Part shown: positions 34,450-45,982 of the stretch, piece after piece | Layout of the letters: each line of letters begins with the position of its first letter | Position numbering within the stretch: position 1 is the first letter of the stretch | Origin: Selaginella moellendorffii | Taxonomy: Eukaryota; Plantae; Lycopodiophyta | Assembly (NCBI RefSeq): GCF_000143415.4 | Contig: NW_003314378.1 | Location: 477,363-523,344 of the forward strand | DNA: 45,982 bases | Reading direction: 5' to 3' | Notes under the pieces: model-generated | Databases searched by the model: none | The model's input: the letters and a program-made list of their open reading frames with translations, nothing else | Told to the model about the DNA's origin: nothing | Program-made: the position numbers and the translations under genes

Positions 34450-37400
34450 ACTAGAGCTCCTTATATATGAAATTCTGAATCTTATTATTAGATAGGGATT
34501 GCCTCCAATGCTTCAAAAGCAATGCCACATGTTTTTGCAAGATCTTGCTCCTGACATAGCGGGACTACTTGAAAGCACAAAACACTATTATATTCGGTGT
34601 CTAATATGCTATTTTTTCTTAAACAAGTGGCTTTATGGGTTTACAAACTTTTCTTGAGCACTGTAGGAATTGCCCAATGGCGAGTCTAGAAAATGTGCAT
34701 GTGTGGATGTACAATAGATTCAAGAATGAGTTACAGACATATACCTTCTCACCTTCACTTATAGTTTGCATGATGTAGATAGCCCTTCTCATCATGTTCT
34801 CAAATAGTTTTAGTAGTCCTTTCTCTTTGTTCATCAAGCAGACATTAAGGAAATCCAGAGTTTCTATCTGTCGCTTATACGGAAGCTTCAATTTTGCGAT
34901 ATTATAAATTATATCATCTGGAGTTTTGTTCACTACAAAAGTAAATATGCATAATTGAGAAAAATGAAGTGTGATAAAAAAACATGAGAAGAAATTTCAG
35001 CTATAGTCTCTAGCCACTCCTTCGGCCTACGATTGTCTGCAATGTATCTTAGTTTCTTCAACTTTAAAGAATTTGCATGCTGAATTTTATGCTCAATTTG
35101 TACGAACTCAGTTGAGAGCTCTTCCCGACTGTTCTCCCGATATACAAGTTCATAAGCATCATATTTGACCTTCACCAAAGGTTAAAAACCAAAACAATTA
35201 AAAGAAGCCCTTATAAAATGAAAGGGAAAGACATACTTTGCACCATATAGCGAGCATAAAACTAATTGGGTTGTTGAACAAAGTTGTACCGTCATTTCGA
35301 GTGCGTGAGTGATGAACAAGTATTGCAAGATCATCATCATAATGTTCGCAGATGTCATCCTCACTCAAGTCTGCTAAAAATTGAAGTTGCTCGATGTCAT
35401 GGATAAAGTTTTACTTTTGAACAGCAAACTGCCCAAGCCTGGATTTAAACACAACAAAACAAGTTAAAGTGGAGTTATGTTAAACATAAAATCCTTAGGT
35501 GCCATGTGGTAGTGGCCGAAATAAAAGCCAAATGAGCGTAACATATTTGGACTAAAAGCTCCAACTTGAAAAGTTGAGAGCAGGAGTGAAACTCCTAAAC
35601 GAAGGGCTCGAGGAACGAGCATGAAGCAAGCAGTAAGTGAGTCTCTAGAGAAGGGACACAAAAGGACCAACACATGATATATGGAAGACTCGAGACAGAG
35701 TCTAAGATGGAGTTCGAGATGGACTTGAGATGGAGTCCAAGATGGAGTCTGAGATGGACCCGAGATGGAGTCTGAGATGGAACCGAGACCGAGACCGAGA
35801 CCGAGTCCAAGTCTAAGTCCGAGATTGAGACCGAGTCCGAGTTCAAGTCCGACTTCAAGTCCCAGTCCGAGTCCAAATACTAATATAGGTTGTTGGGTGA
35901 AAGCCCAAAGCGATTGTCCCCTGGGGGGGGGGGGGCTACAAGGAGAGTGTGGGGGTTAAACCCTAGTGGAGCCAGTTTGGCCAGGAAAGGTTAATTTGGC
36001 CCAGGAAAGCTGTACCCAAGTATTGGGTGATGAGATAACCATTGGGAAGTCCAAGGCTAAAGTGAATATGAACCAACAAGCGAGGTAGCTTGGTGAAGTG
36101 TTCAAAAGTCGGCTCTAGTTCCCCAAAGAGATCGAATGGTCAATGCTCCCAATCCAAGTATGGGTGGCATTACCTACTTGGATACCTAGCGTGGCTCAAT
36201 GAAACCTCGCTCTAAACCCATGGCTAAAACACCCAAAGGCTGTAAAAGGGATATTGGGAAGGCTATTCACCATGTTTGTGGGCATTCTAAGGATGCTGAA
36301 TCTAAGATGATCACTCATGGATGGATGCCCTAGTCTTTGAGAGACAAGACTGTGATGTAAGTGGTGTTGGACCACCGGTGTCACCAAGGTGAATGGGTAT
36401 GGCCTTAGAGTAACGGGTTGATATGTCAATGATACCTTGGGGTGTCGGTTATGGGATCAGACACATGGAGCACTTGGACCCAGTGCAATGGTTTAGTGGC
36501 ATAGATGCCATTCTCGGGGCTAGCAAGCCCCACATCCTAAATTGGACTTATAGAGGTTGTGAATGAGACTCCTCCAAGTGGTCAGAGGTGTGGTTAAGTG
36601 ACTAAAGTAGAATAAAAAAATTAGTCATTTACAAGTTGGAGGTAAAATTATAAAACTTACGCATTGATCTTTTGGCAAGACAAGATAAGTCTGTTGACAT
36701 CCAAAGGTCCCCTTGCATAGACATGCCGACTGGAACGTTGATATGGTAGATGGGATCATTGAGAAAATGATCTTTGATACACTTCATCCAAGCCTTATAT
36801 TAGTGGTTACTATCAATAGTTTAGAATATTGTCCTCAGAAGTTGTTGAGCCTTAGGATGTCTAATAAGCATGTTATCAAATTTTAGGGATTTCCTCCTCT
36901 AAATAGAATCCCAGCTATTCACAATCTAACTGTGTGATAGTAATGATCTCCATTGTTCCTAACTTGCAAATCGAGACTAGAAACATACTGATATTTATCG
37001 CATGGCCATTCTGTTTGAACAAGCTGTATATATTCGAATTGACATACTTTGATGTAGTGCGAACAAAGTTTGTCTGCTGCAAACGACAAAGGGGGATCTC
37101 TTTGATCAAGTCACAAGGGCCTAGCCACTTGAGCGCCTCAAGTATTTGGTGAACTGCTTTTTCCCTTGTTCGCATAACAATCTCTTGGAAGTGCTTGTCC
37201 ACCACGTTGTCAGGAAGGTCTACAACTCTTTGAGCTCCAAGTTGTACTTTAGGTTCCCTATTGTGAACACCACTAGATTGCCCAACTTCAGGGATTTGTG
37301 CTGGTGGTGGGCTAGTGAGGAGTAAAGTGGAGGTAGTAGTGGTGATGGTGGGGGTTGGTGGTGGTGGCGGTGGAGGTGGAGGCAATAGTGGCAGTGGTGG

Positions 37401-37620
37401 TAGCAATGGCGATGATGGAGGTGGTGATGGTGGTGGTGGAAGTGGCAATAGTGATGGTGGAGGTGGTGATGGTGGAGGTGATGGTGGTGGAGGCAGTGGA
37501 TCTCTAAGTAAATGTGTTTTCATTAATGTGCCAATGGATATGTCAATTGTGATGTTGTCAGTAGTGTTGAATTGAACTTTTCATGTCTTCTTGGCTCCAA
37601 CAATCTTTTTGTGTGGTACA
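34450..37620 (-). pseudogene. Decayed multi-exon gene with proline-rich linker and ParB-like domain, probably transposon-derived
   Basis: IPLCRLQQTNFVRT...MFLVS...SWDSI*RRK..FDNML...IF*TIDSNH*YKAWMKCI (degenerate DGNHRxxAW at 36800-36817). GT donor at 36660, AG acceptor at ~35440, further exon-like ORFs at 34933-35178 and 34619-34933. Ends uncertain. Confidence 0.6.
35478..36633 (+). mobile_element. Older, internally deleted solo LTR of the copia-like family, in an intron
   Basis: TGTTAAACATAAAATCC...CATTTACA. TSD AGTTA/AGTTG (4/5). Confidence 0.88.
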
Positions 37621-37730
37621 ATTTTTCTTTTTTGCAAGAGGAAAAATTTTGTTAGTCAAACTAAATAAAGATAATAAGAAATTCAAATAGTCAAAGAGAA
37701 AAAAAAAATCAAGTGGGCCCAAACCCCACC

Positions 37731-38146
37731 TCAAGCACTTTGGCCACCCGAGGTGGCTGGCCTGGGCTCAACCTCAGGCACTTTGGCTGCCCAAAGGGCT
37801 GAGGTTATTTGAATAACCTTAGCCCCTTGGGCAACCAAAGTGCCCAAAGTGGCCAGCCTGGGCTTGACCTCAGGCACTTTGGCTGCCCGATAGGCCAAGG
37901 TTATTTGAATAACCTTAGCCCCTTGGGCAGCCAAAGTGCCCGAAGTGGCCAGCCTGGGCTTGACCTCAGGCACTTTGGCTGCCTGACAGGCCGAGGTTAT
38001 TTGAATAACCTCAGCCCCTCGGGCAGCCAAAATGCCCGAGGTGGCTGGCCTAGGCTCAACCTCAAGCACTTTGGTTGCCCGAGGGGCTAAGGTAATTCAA
38101 ATAACCTCGGCCCCTCGGGTGGCCAAAGTGCTCGAGGTGGCTGGCC
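37731..38146. repeat. Tandem array of 96-bp palindromic units (~4.3 copies)
   Basis: CAGGCACTTTGG recurs at 37775, 37871, 37967 and 38063 (variant). Each unit contains GCACTTTGGCTGCCC...GGTTATT-TG-AATAACC...GGGCAGCCAAAGTGC. Confidence 0.92.
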
Positions 38147-40335
38147 CTGAAGAAACAATCAAGAAAGAAGCAAAAATAAAGAAATAGAAGTGAAAGCAAT
38201 CAAATCAAAACTCACCCTTGGTGGCATCTTTCCCTCCCGATATCTCGATCATGCTAGATTTCTCACACTCTCTCACTCTCAATCTCAACTCGTGTTCATA
38301 CTGGTGCGCTCCATCTCTTGCACTCTCCCACACTCAATCTCTCGCACTCGTGCGCTCCATGCTCAATCTCTCAATCTCTTATGTGCTCAATCACTCGATC
38401 TATTGCATGCTCAATCCCTCGATCTCCTTCCCACTCAATCCCTCGATCTCTTGTGCGCTCCACTTATGGTGCAATAATCCTAATCATCTTTCATCCCAGC
38501 TGTTCATTCCAAATAACCTAAATCTCAACCATCACAATATCTTCGATCTTATTTTATCTTATCATTATTATTATATGTGAATTATGCTTTTTTATTTTGT
38601 ATATTTTAATGATGATATAACTAGCACCTATCAACATTTCTGTTATTAGAGATATGATTTTTTTTTACAAATTATCTACAAAGGATGCATTCTCATCAAT
38701 ATTTTGTACATATTTTGGAATCGTTACAAGAACTTTAAAGAGTATAAATAAGGCACATTAAAATATGTTGTACTATATCCATCTATGAATGGATGAATCC
38801 TCATCCAGAAATTTATTTTATGTTGTATTAGATCCTGAACAATAGGCACGTGCTTTAAATGTCATTGAGTAGTGTTCACAATTATGGATAAAACTTGAGT
38901 TGTACTACGAATCAAATCTGTCATTGAAAAATAAGATTTAACAAGATTTATTATCATCTACCACTTAAAATTTGACAACTTGACATATCATGTATACTGA
39001 CAGTCAAATTAGATCTCTTGGTTTGACATGCTATAGCAAAATATCATGACTAGTATCATTATTAACTATCAAACTTCACGTCTTGAAAATCCTTCCTTGG
39101 ATCTATGTGTATAACATGCATCAGATATCATAATAGATAACAGTAATATTAATATTGTCACACTTGCACATGTTAAATTTGCTATAGAATTTAAATTCAT
39201 TTTGTACATTGTTGATATTTTTCTTATTGCTTTATTTAAATTTCAATTATGCTTCATTATAGATTTTTACAAGAAGCATGAAGAGAGAAAACTCTAAAAT
39301 CTATTAAGAAGGATGGAGAGGTTTCTTCTTCATTTTCGAGATCACCCACCTCTTTCATTCTCTTAGAATATTATTTCTAAAAGTTTGTTATGTCAACATT
39401 TTAATCTTTGTCTTGGCTCTATTTCTTTAAAGGTTGTGATTCACAACAGCACTAGTATAGTTGCATACTCAGAGTTTCTTCTTTCTAGTGTAAGTAAGGG
39501 TGGATAACAATAGGATTTACAGAATTCCAAGTTAAAGGAAATTCAAAGTTTTGGATCTTCAGTCAAAGTGCCCAAATGTGCTCTAGCTAAAGTGAATGTG
39601 AAGCAAAAGTTAGTCATTATTCTCTCGTCCTCTTTTAGTTCAAGTGGAGAAGTCATGTTAGTGTCAGCGCCGAATTCACTTAACGTGCACTTGTTTTTGT
39701 ATAGGCTTGTGAGCGAATTTCTAGCCTTCTACAACAATATTTTCTTCGAGCTACCACCTCTTGTCAACAGCACAGATTCCAAATGGAAGGGGATAGAAAC
39801 CAAATAGTATATCCATAATTGGTGCAATATCAAGACCACACATTTTCAACATTTTGAAGGCACAATGTTTATTTGCCAAATAAGAGGAATCTTTGCATAG
39901 GATAAATAAACCTCCTTAAATGGAATAATCTAAAAAGAAACAGTTGAATTAAGCTATAAATCTCAAATTCACAAATACTAGGACTAACAACAGATACTTG
40001 ACTAAAACGTACACCATCTATAAGTATATATTTCTTGGCTCACCTTTTAATAGGACAATGTACTCAACAATTTTGAATGCTAAGAAATTGAGTAAATTTT
40101 GTTCAATTGATAAACTTGCCTATACTAGTACCCATTGTGGAATCACCAATGTAAAATTCTCTGAGGCTAAAGGTGTTAATTCTATTCTCATTGAGCTTAA
40201 CAAATGGCACTATACACATGTCCCAGAAATACAAGAACTATGAGAAGCCTTGCTGATACTAGTGTTCAATTTTCTGGAGATCAACACAGTATTACTTTTT
40301 ATCTTGATGTGGCCAAAGTGATGCCCATGCTATTT

Positions 40336-41822
40336 TAGTGCCTCTCCTTGTCAAAGAATCTAAGATGCACTGGTTCTAGCATAAAAAATATGGAAGTAGA
40401 AATGTCGCATACACTTTGGGATTGCTTGCTGATCCTCTATCCCACCTCTTATTGGTTATGGACAAGATCAGGCTTTTTTCACATTAAAGCCTTCCTTTCT
40501 TAATAATGTTATGAAAGATCAGTAGTCCAGTGGTGCCTTGGTTCGAGCTATGCAAAAGAATATTTGTGATAGTTACTCATTTTATGCCCTAGATAGCAAT
40601 TGAAAGTTCGTGGCATTTGGTGCGGTGACAACTGGGACGCTTCCAGATAGAACAGAAAGTGGTAGTTCTGCACCATCAAACTCCTGCTGCTCTCACTAGC
40701 AATAATCAAGAGGCACGAGAGATTTAGTTCCTTGCGCAGATTGACGTGGGCAAGCTGGAGACTGCGGCGGCTGTGATAATCCATTTCCTGGCCTATCGGC
40801 GCAGCGGCGGCTTCAGCCCTGGCAGCTGATTCTCTTGTCTCGTCTGATTCCATTGACAAGACATGATCGATCGCAGGCGCTCCTCCTGTCGCTCCTCCTC
40901 CTCCTCGCAGTGTAGCTTTCTTGACGCTGACCTTGTGTTTGGCGCCCTGGCGGCGGGATACGTTTTCAGGGACCAAGGTTGAGAGGTATGAACTTCCAGA
41001 GAAGTAGACTTTGTAAGCTTTCGGTGTGATCTTTCCAGGTTCAGGGCTGTGCTTGGAGCATCGACGCCACACATTCACCATCCATTCCTGTCACGAACAG
41101 GCAATTCCATCCTCAGGCAGCTCAAGTGGACGAAGTTCTCCATGTGCCTGGTGGGTTTGGGGGAATCAAACAAGCCCGCTTTTTCTCGGAGAGACTGCCG
41201 TCCTGCCCGAGCTTGATACTCCTCCCGATTTTAGCACCCAAAAATCACCCCGATTCTTGAGACGCATCAAGGATATTTACTAGCCAGACTTCCATGGTGT
41301 CTACATGAAAGGTTTATGCGAAGGAGGACGCCACCCTCACTGTCAGAGCGTGGTCGAGGCTTTTGACAAGCGCCAAAGGGGTGATTACAGTTCCCTAGGA
41401 TCACCCCCGCATTGATCTGCCACAGGAGAACTAAATCTCTCGTGCCTCTTGATTATTGCTAGTGAGAGCAGCAGGAGCTTGATGGTGCAGAACTACCACT
41501 TTCTGTTCTATCTGGAAGCGTCCCAGTTGTCACCGCACCAAATGCCACGAACTTTCAATTGCTATCTAGGGCATAAAATGAGTAACTATCACAAATATTC
41601 TTTTGCATAGCTCGAACCAAGGCACCACTGGACTACTGATCTTTCATAACATTATTAAGAAAGTAAGGCTTTAATGTGAAAAAAGCCTGATCTTGTCCAT
41701 AACCAATAAGAGGTGGGATAGAGGATCAACAAGCAATCCCAAAGTGTATGCGACATTTCTACTTCCATATTTTTTATGCTAGAACCAGTGCATCTTAGAT
41801 TCTTTGACAAGGAGAGGCACTA
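40336..41822. repeat. Near-perfect 395-bp inverted repeat (40336-40730 / 41428-41822) around a ~700-bp GC-richer spacer
   Basis: Arms are reverse complements, with about 3 mismatches seen by eye. Confidence 0.93.
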
Positions 41823-41850
41823 TCATCTATGAAAAGCCTTTTTGATACTA

Positions 41851-42420
41851 CTCTCCTCCTCTTCAGGCTCTCTTTTACTTGAGTATGAAGCTGGCATGAA
41901 CAGCGAGCTTGATCTTGTAGTCACTTGGAGAGCCCGGGTGGATTGGTCTTGGTTCTACACAAGCCGGTATTTGGCTTGCAGCGGGAATGCAAAGGGATCC
42001 ATCATCATTTCGTTTCGAGAAAATGATGGTTCTTCTTGGAACTGTTACTCTTCAGGTATCGAGGCAGTCGACTACGTTGACATTATGATCCTCCAGATAA
42101 TACCATGGTTTGTTCATTTGTATGGCCACGCACTAAAGGCTTTGTTGGATTGCCGAAATGTGGAGTTTTGGTCGTGGTTAGACTGATGAGATTCACACCG
42201 GCAGAAGATCGCAAAGCTCCTGCTGCTGTGGAGATTCCTCTGCAAGTTTCTATTGCAACCCAAGCCGTAACTTTGACAAGGTTTGTGATATTGCTGGTTG
42301 CTTTGGAAGGGATCTTGATGATGCTGTTCCATTCATGTAGGGATTTCTTCACACCGATGATCATCCTTCAGATGCAAACCGTGGATTTGATCTGCCTTCC
42401 ACAGTTATCACTTATCATTT
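41851..42420 (+). pseudogene. PIGT: Second copy of PIG-T/GPI16 fragment (inverted duplicate of ~29860-30425)
   Basis: ORFs 41842-42186 and 42105-42458 mirror 29909-30385(-). Confidence 0.85.
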
Positions 42421-42453
42421 ATAAACATTTTAATAATAATAAAGTTGCTAAAT

Positions 42454-44998
42454 TGTGAGTGCATGGAATATGGAAAGAGAATACAAAAAACATGCATATC
42501 AATTAACCCAAAAACCTTAACTTACATACAGGAGCGAGTGGTCCGGATTGAAACCAATCTGACGGCTACCAAAATCCCACTACGCTAATATTAGTATATG
42601 GCATCATAGCTGTACACTTGGCCCTCACATCATCCCCTCCTCTTAGAATAATGGAAGACCATCAGGGTTCTCTTGTAGACGGGTTGGGATCTGGAGGAAC
42701 ATCAGGAGGAGGCATTGGTAGATCTATAAATGGTATTAACTGCTCCTGATCTCTTTGTATAAAGCGTTTCAACCGCTGCACATGTATAATCTCTGGAGGA
42801 TCAACCTGCTAAACGTCATGCCGAACTTCATAAACTTGTGGTTCAACTTGCCACAACACCCGATACGGTCCTTTCCACTGCGCAAGGAGCCCCTTAGATA
42901 AACCACGTACCGTAAGATGGGGAAAACAAATTAACACCAAATCATCCACTTTGTACTCCACAAGTGGACGATGATGGGAGTTGTAGCGCTGTTATTGTCC
43001 CACTTATACGCAGCCTAAGTGTTCGGTGTGAGCCACAAAATCCCTAGGCCCCAAAGTGGAGCCGGAAGGGCACCACATGGTAGTGGCCGAAGCGAGAGCC
43101 AAACGAGCGTAACACGTTTGGACCAAAAGCTCCGACTTGAAAAGTCAAGAGCGGGAGTGGAACTCCCAACGAAGTGCTCGAGGAACGAGCACAAAGCGAG
43201 CAAAAGGCGAGGCTCCAAAAAGGGACCCAAAAGGACCAACACATGACACGTGGGAGTGTCCGAGATGGACTCGAGTTGGAGTCCGAAGTGGAGTCCGAAG
43301 TGGAGTCCGAGATGGACTCGAGTTGGAGTCCGAAGTGGAGTCCGAAGTGGAGTCCGAGATGGACCCGAGATGGAGTCCGAGATGGAGTCCGAAGTGGAGT
43401 CCGAGGTGGACCCGAGTTGGAGTCCGAAGTGGAGTCCGAGATGGAGTCCGAGATGGAGTCCGAGATGGAGTCCGAGGTGGACCCGAGATGGACCCGAGAT
43501 GGACCCGAAATGGAGTCCGAGATGGACCCGAGATGGAGTCCGAGATGGAGTCCGAGATGGACCCGAGATGGACCCGAGATGGAGTCCGAGATGGAGTCCG
43601 AGATGGAGTCCGAGATGGAGTCCGAGATGGAGTCCGAGATGGAGTCCGAGATGGAGTCCGAAGTCGAGACCGAGACCGGGACCGAGACCGAGACCGAGAC
43701 TGAGATCGGGACCGAGACCGAGACCGAGGCCAAGGCCGAGACCAAGCCCGAGCCCGAGTCCGAGTCCGAATCCGAGTCCGAGTCCGAGTCCGAGTCCGAG
43801 TCCGAGTCTGGAGCCTGAGAGGGTGAAAGCCCAAAGCGTTCGTCTCCCAGACCCTGGGGGGTTTGGTGAGCTCCAAAAGTATAGTAAGGGGGAGGACTGC
43901 AGTGGAGCCAGTTTGGCCAGGAAAGGCCAGTTTGGCCCAGGAAGGCCAGACCCAGTGTTGAGTGATGAACTGACCACTGGGAAGTCCAAGACTAGAGTGA
44001 ATACGGACCGACAAGCGGGGTAGCTTGGTGAAGTGTTCAAGAGCCGGCTCTAGTTCCCCCGGGAGATCGACTGGCCGATGCTCCCAGTCCAAGTGTGGGT
44101 GGCACTACCTACTTGGATACCAGGCATGGCTCAACGGAACCTCGCTCTAAGCCCATGGCTAGAGCACCTAAAGGTGATAGGTGGGGAGAGTACCCAGGTG
44201 GCTCGCGTAAGGCCACGGTGTTCCGAAATGTCGTCCCAAAGGCCCAGACTGTGGAAAGGAAGAGGAGCAGTCCTCTGGGGTAGTGACCAAGGACACAGTC
44301 GTGTGGTGAGGAAGTCCCAGAGGACCGTGGGACTTAGTGGTCGGGCCTGTGGGCCTCGATCCAGTGGCAGTGTTGGCAAACACGGCCAGGGGCAGAAAGG
44401 GACTTGGTAGGAACTGACAAAGGGACTTTGGGGAAGGCAATTCCCCAGGTCTGTGGGCATCCTAAGGATGCTAAGGAGTGGATCCAGGATGACCCCTCGT
44501 AGACAGATGGCCCAGTCTTGGAGAGACGGGATGGTGATGCAAGTGGTATTGGACCATTTGCGCAGCAAAGGTGAATGGGCATGGCCTTAGCGTAACGGGC
44601 CGAGATGTCAGTGGTACCTTTGGGTGTCGGTCATGGGATCGGACACGTGGAGCACTTGGACCAAGTGCAAAGGTTGAGTGGCATGGATGCCATTCTCGGG
44701 GCTAGCAAGCCCCAAGTCCTGAATGGGACTTATGGAGGTTGTGAATGAGACTCCTCCAAGTGGTCGGAGGTGTGGTTAAGTGACTAAAGTAGAATGGAAA
44801 AATTAGTCGCTTACATTCGGCAAACTCTACTCAGAGAAGTGGAAGAATACTTTATCAAATACTGATCCCACGACCTAGCATCGGTAGCTCGTGGCAATTG
44901 CAATAGTAAACCCAGCTCCATTGGTAATATTAGATCATGACCATATAACAGTTTATATGGTGAAGCACTAATAGAACTCTGCACCCCTATGACATATG
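42454..44998 (-). mobile_element. Inverted duplicate of the 3' part of the gypsy element (3' LTR 42454-42629, integrase region), interrupted by copia-family LTRs
   Basis: Reverse complement of ~29078-29826 with the same downstream flank (ATTTAGCAACTTT). Confidence 0.9.
43027..44815 (+). mobile_element. Solo LTR of copia-like family
   Basis: TGTGAG...CTTACA. Perfect TSD TTCGG at 43022-43026 and 44816-44820. Confidence 0.95.
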
Positions 44999-45962
44999 TG
45001 TAAGCGACTAATTTTTCCATTTTACTTTAGTCACTTAACCACACCTCCGACCACTTGGAGGAGTCTCATTCACAACATCCATAAGTCCCAATTAGGACTT
45101 GGGGCTTGCTAGCCCCGAGAATGGCATCCATGCCACTCAACCTTTGCACTTGGTCTAAGTGCTCCACGTGTCCGATCCCATGATTGATACCCCAAGGTAC
45201 CACCGACATATCGGCCCGTTACGCTGAGGCCATACCTATTCACCTTGGTCACACCAATGGTCCAACACCACCTGCATTCCCATCCCGTCTCTCAAAGACT
45301 GGGTCATCTGTCCATGAGGGATCATCCCAGATCCACTCCTTAACGTCCTTAGGATGCCTACAGACATGGGGAATAGCCTTCCCCAATATCTCTGTTCTGG
45401 TCCCCACCAAGTCCCTTTTTGTCCTTGGCTGTGTTCGCCAATACTGCCACTGGATCAAGGCCCACCGGCCCAACCACTAAGTCCCACTATCCTCTAGGAC
45501 TTCCTCACTGTGTGACTGTGTCCTTGGTCACCCCACCAGAGGGCTACCCCTCTTCCTTTCCACAGTCTGGGACTTTGGGACACCATTTCGGAACACCGTG
45601 GCCCTACGCGGGCCTCATGGGTACTCTCCTCGCCTTCCGCCTTTAGGTGCTCTAGCCATGGGCTTAGAGCGAGGTTCCGTTGAGCCACGACAGGTATCCA
45701 AGTAGGTAGTACCACCCACACTTGGACTGGGAGCATCGGACAGTCGATCTCAAGGGGGAAGTAGAGCCGGCTCTTGAACACTTCACCAAGCTACCCCGCT
45801 TGTCGGCTTGTGTTCACTCTAGTCTTGGACTTCCCAGTGGGCAGCTCATCACCCAACACTGGGTCCGGCCTTCCTGTGCCAAACTGGCCTTTCCTGGCCA
45901 AACTGGCTCTACTGCAGTCCTCCCCCTACTATACTTTTGGAGCTCACCAAACCCCCCAGGGT
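44999..45962 (-). mobile_element. Copia-family LTR (partial) inserted in the gypsy copy
   Basis: Begins TGTAAGCGACTAA (reverse complement of the LTR end) and follows the LTR consensus to ~45962. Confidence 0.92.
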
Positions 45963-45982
45963 GCGTGCTGACGAAAGGGTGA

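Noticed and set aside
37315-37575. Glycine-rich protein on the plus strand
   Set aside because: Antisense of the proline-rich linker of the minus-strand ParB-like pseudogene.

Overview
Repeat-rich land-plant nuclear DNA. The inferred introns of 47-60 nt, the TTTAGGG repeats and a PIG-T fragment suggest a lycophyte such as Selaginella, but this is inference only. There are two assembly gaps and no intact host gene. The window holds nested Ty1/copia-derived elements and solo LTRs (~1.2-1.8 kb, with GAGATGGAGTCC minisatellites that create most of the spurious ORFs), a decayed short-LTR Ty3/gypsy element and an inverted copy of it, PIG-T/GPI16 gene fragments and a young 395-bp inverted repeat. 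The main feature is a 12.7-kb DNA transposon (7149-19879) with 22-bp TIRs (GCT...AGC) and two divergent spliced genes. One is a DDD transposase (HDKMD / QTDN..ENKN / GHTHEDVD) with two TNP1-like N-terminal modules. The other is a ~1370-aa accessory protein that appears to fuse a ParB/Srx-like domain, a degenerate amino-methyltransferase-like fold, an acidic linker and an FCP1/SCP-type HAD phosphatase. About 25 copies of a 22-bp palindrome (ATGGCRTG-N6-CAYGCCAT) lie in the element's non-coding DNA, including its tiny introns. This suggests a self-recognition (parS-like or anti-silencing) system. A second, decayed ParB-like gene with a 96-bp hairpin array lies at ~34.4-38.2 kb. All domain calls come from recognising motifs by eye and need profile or structure searches.
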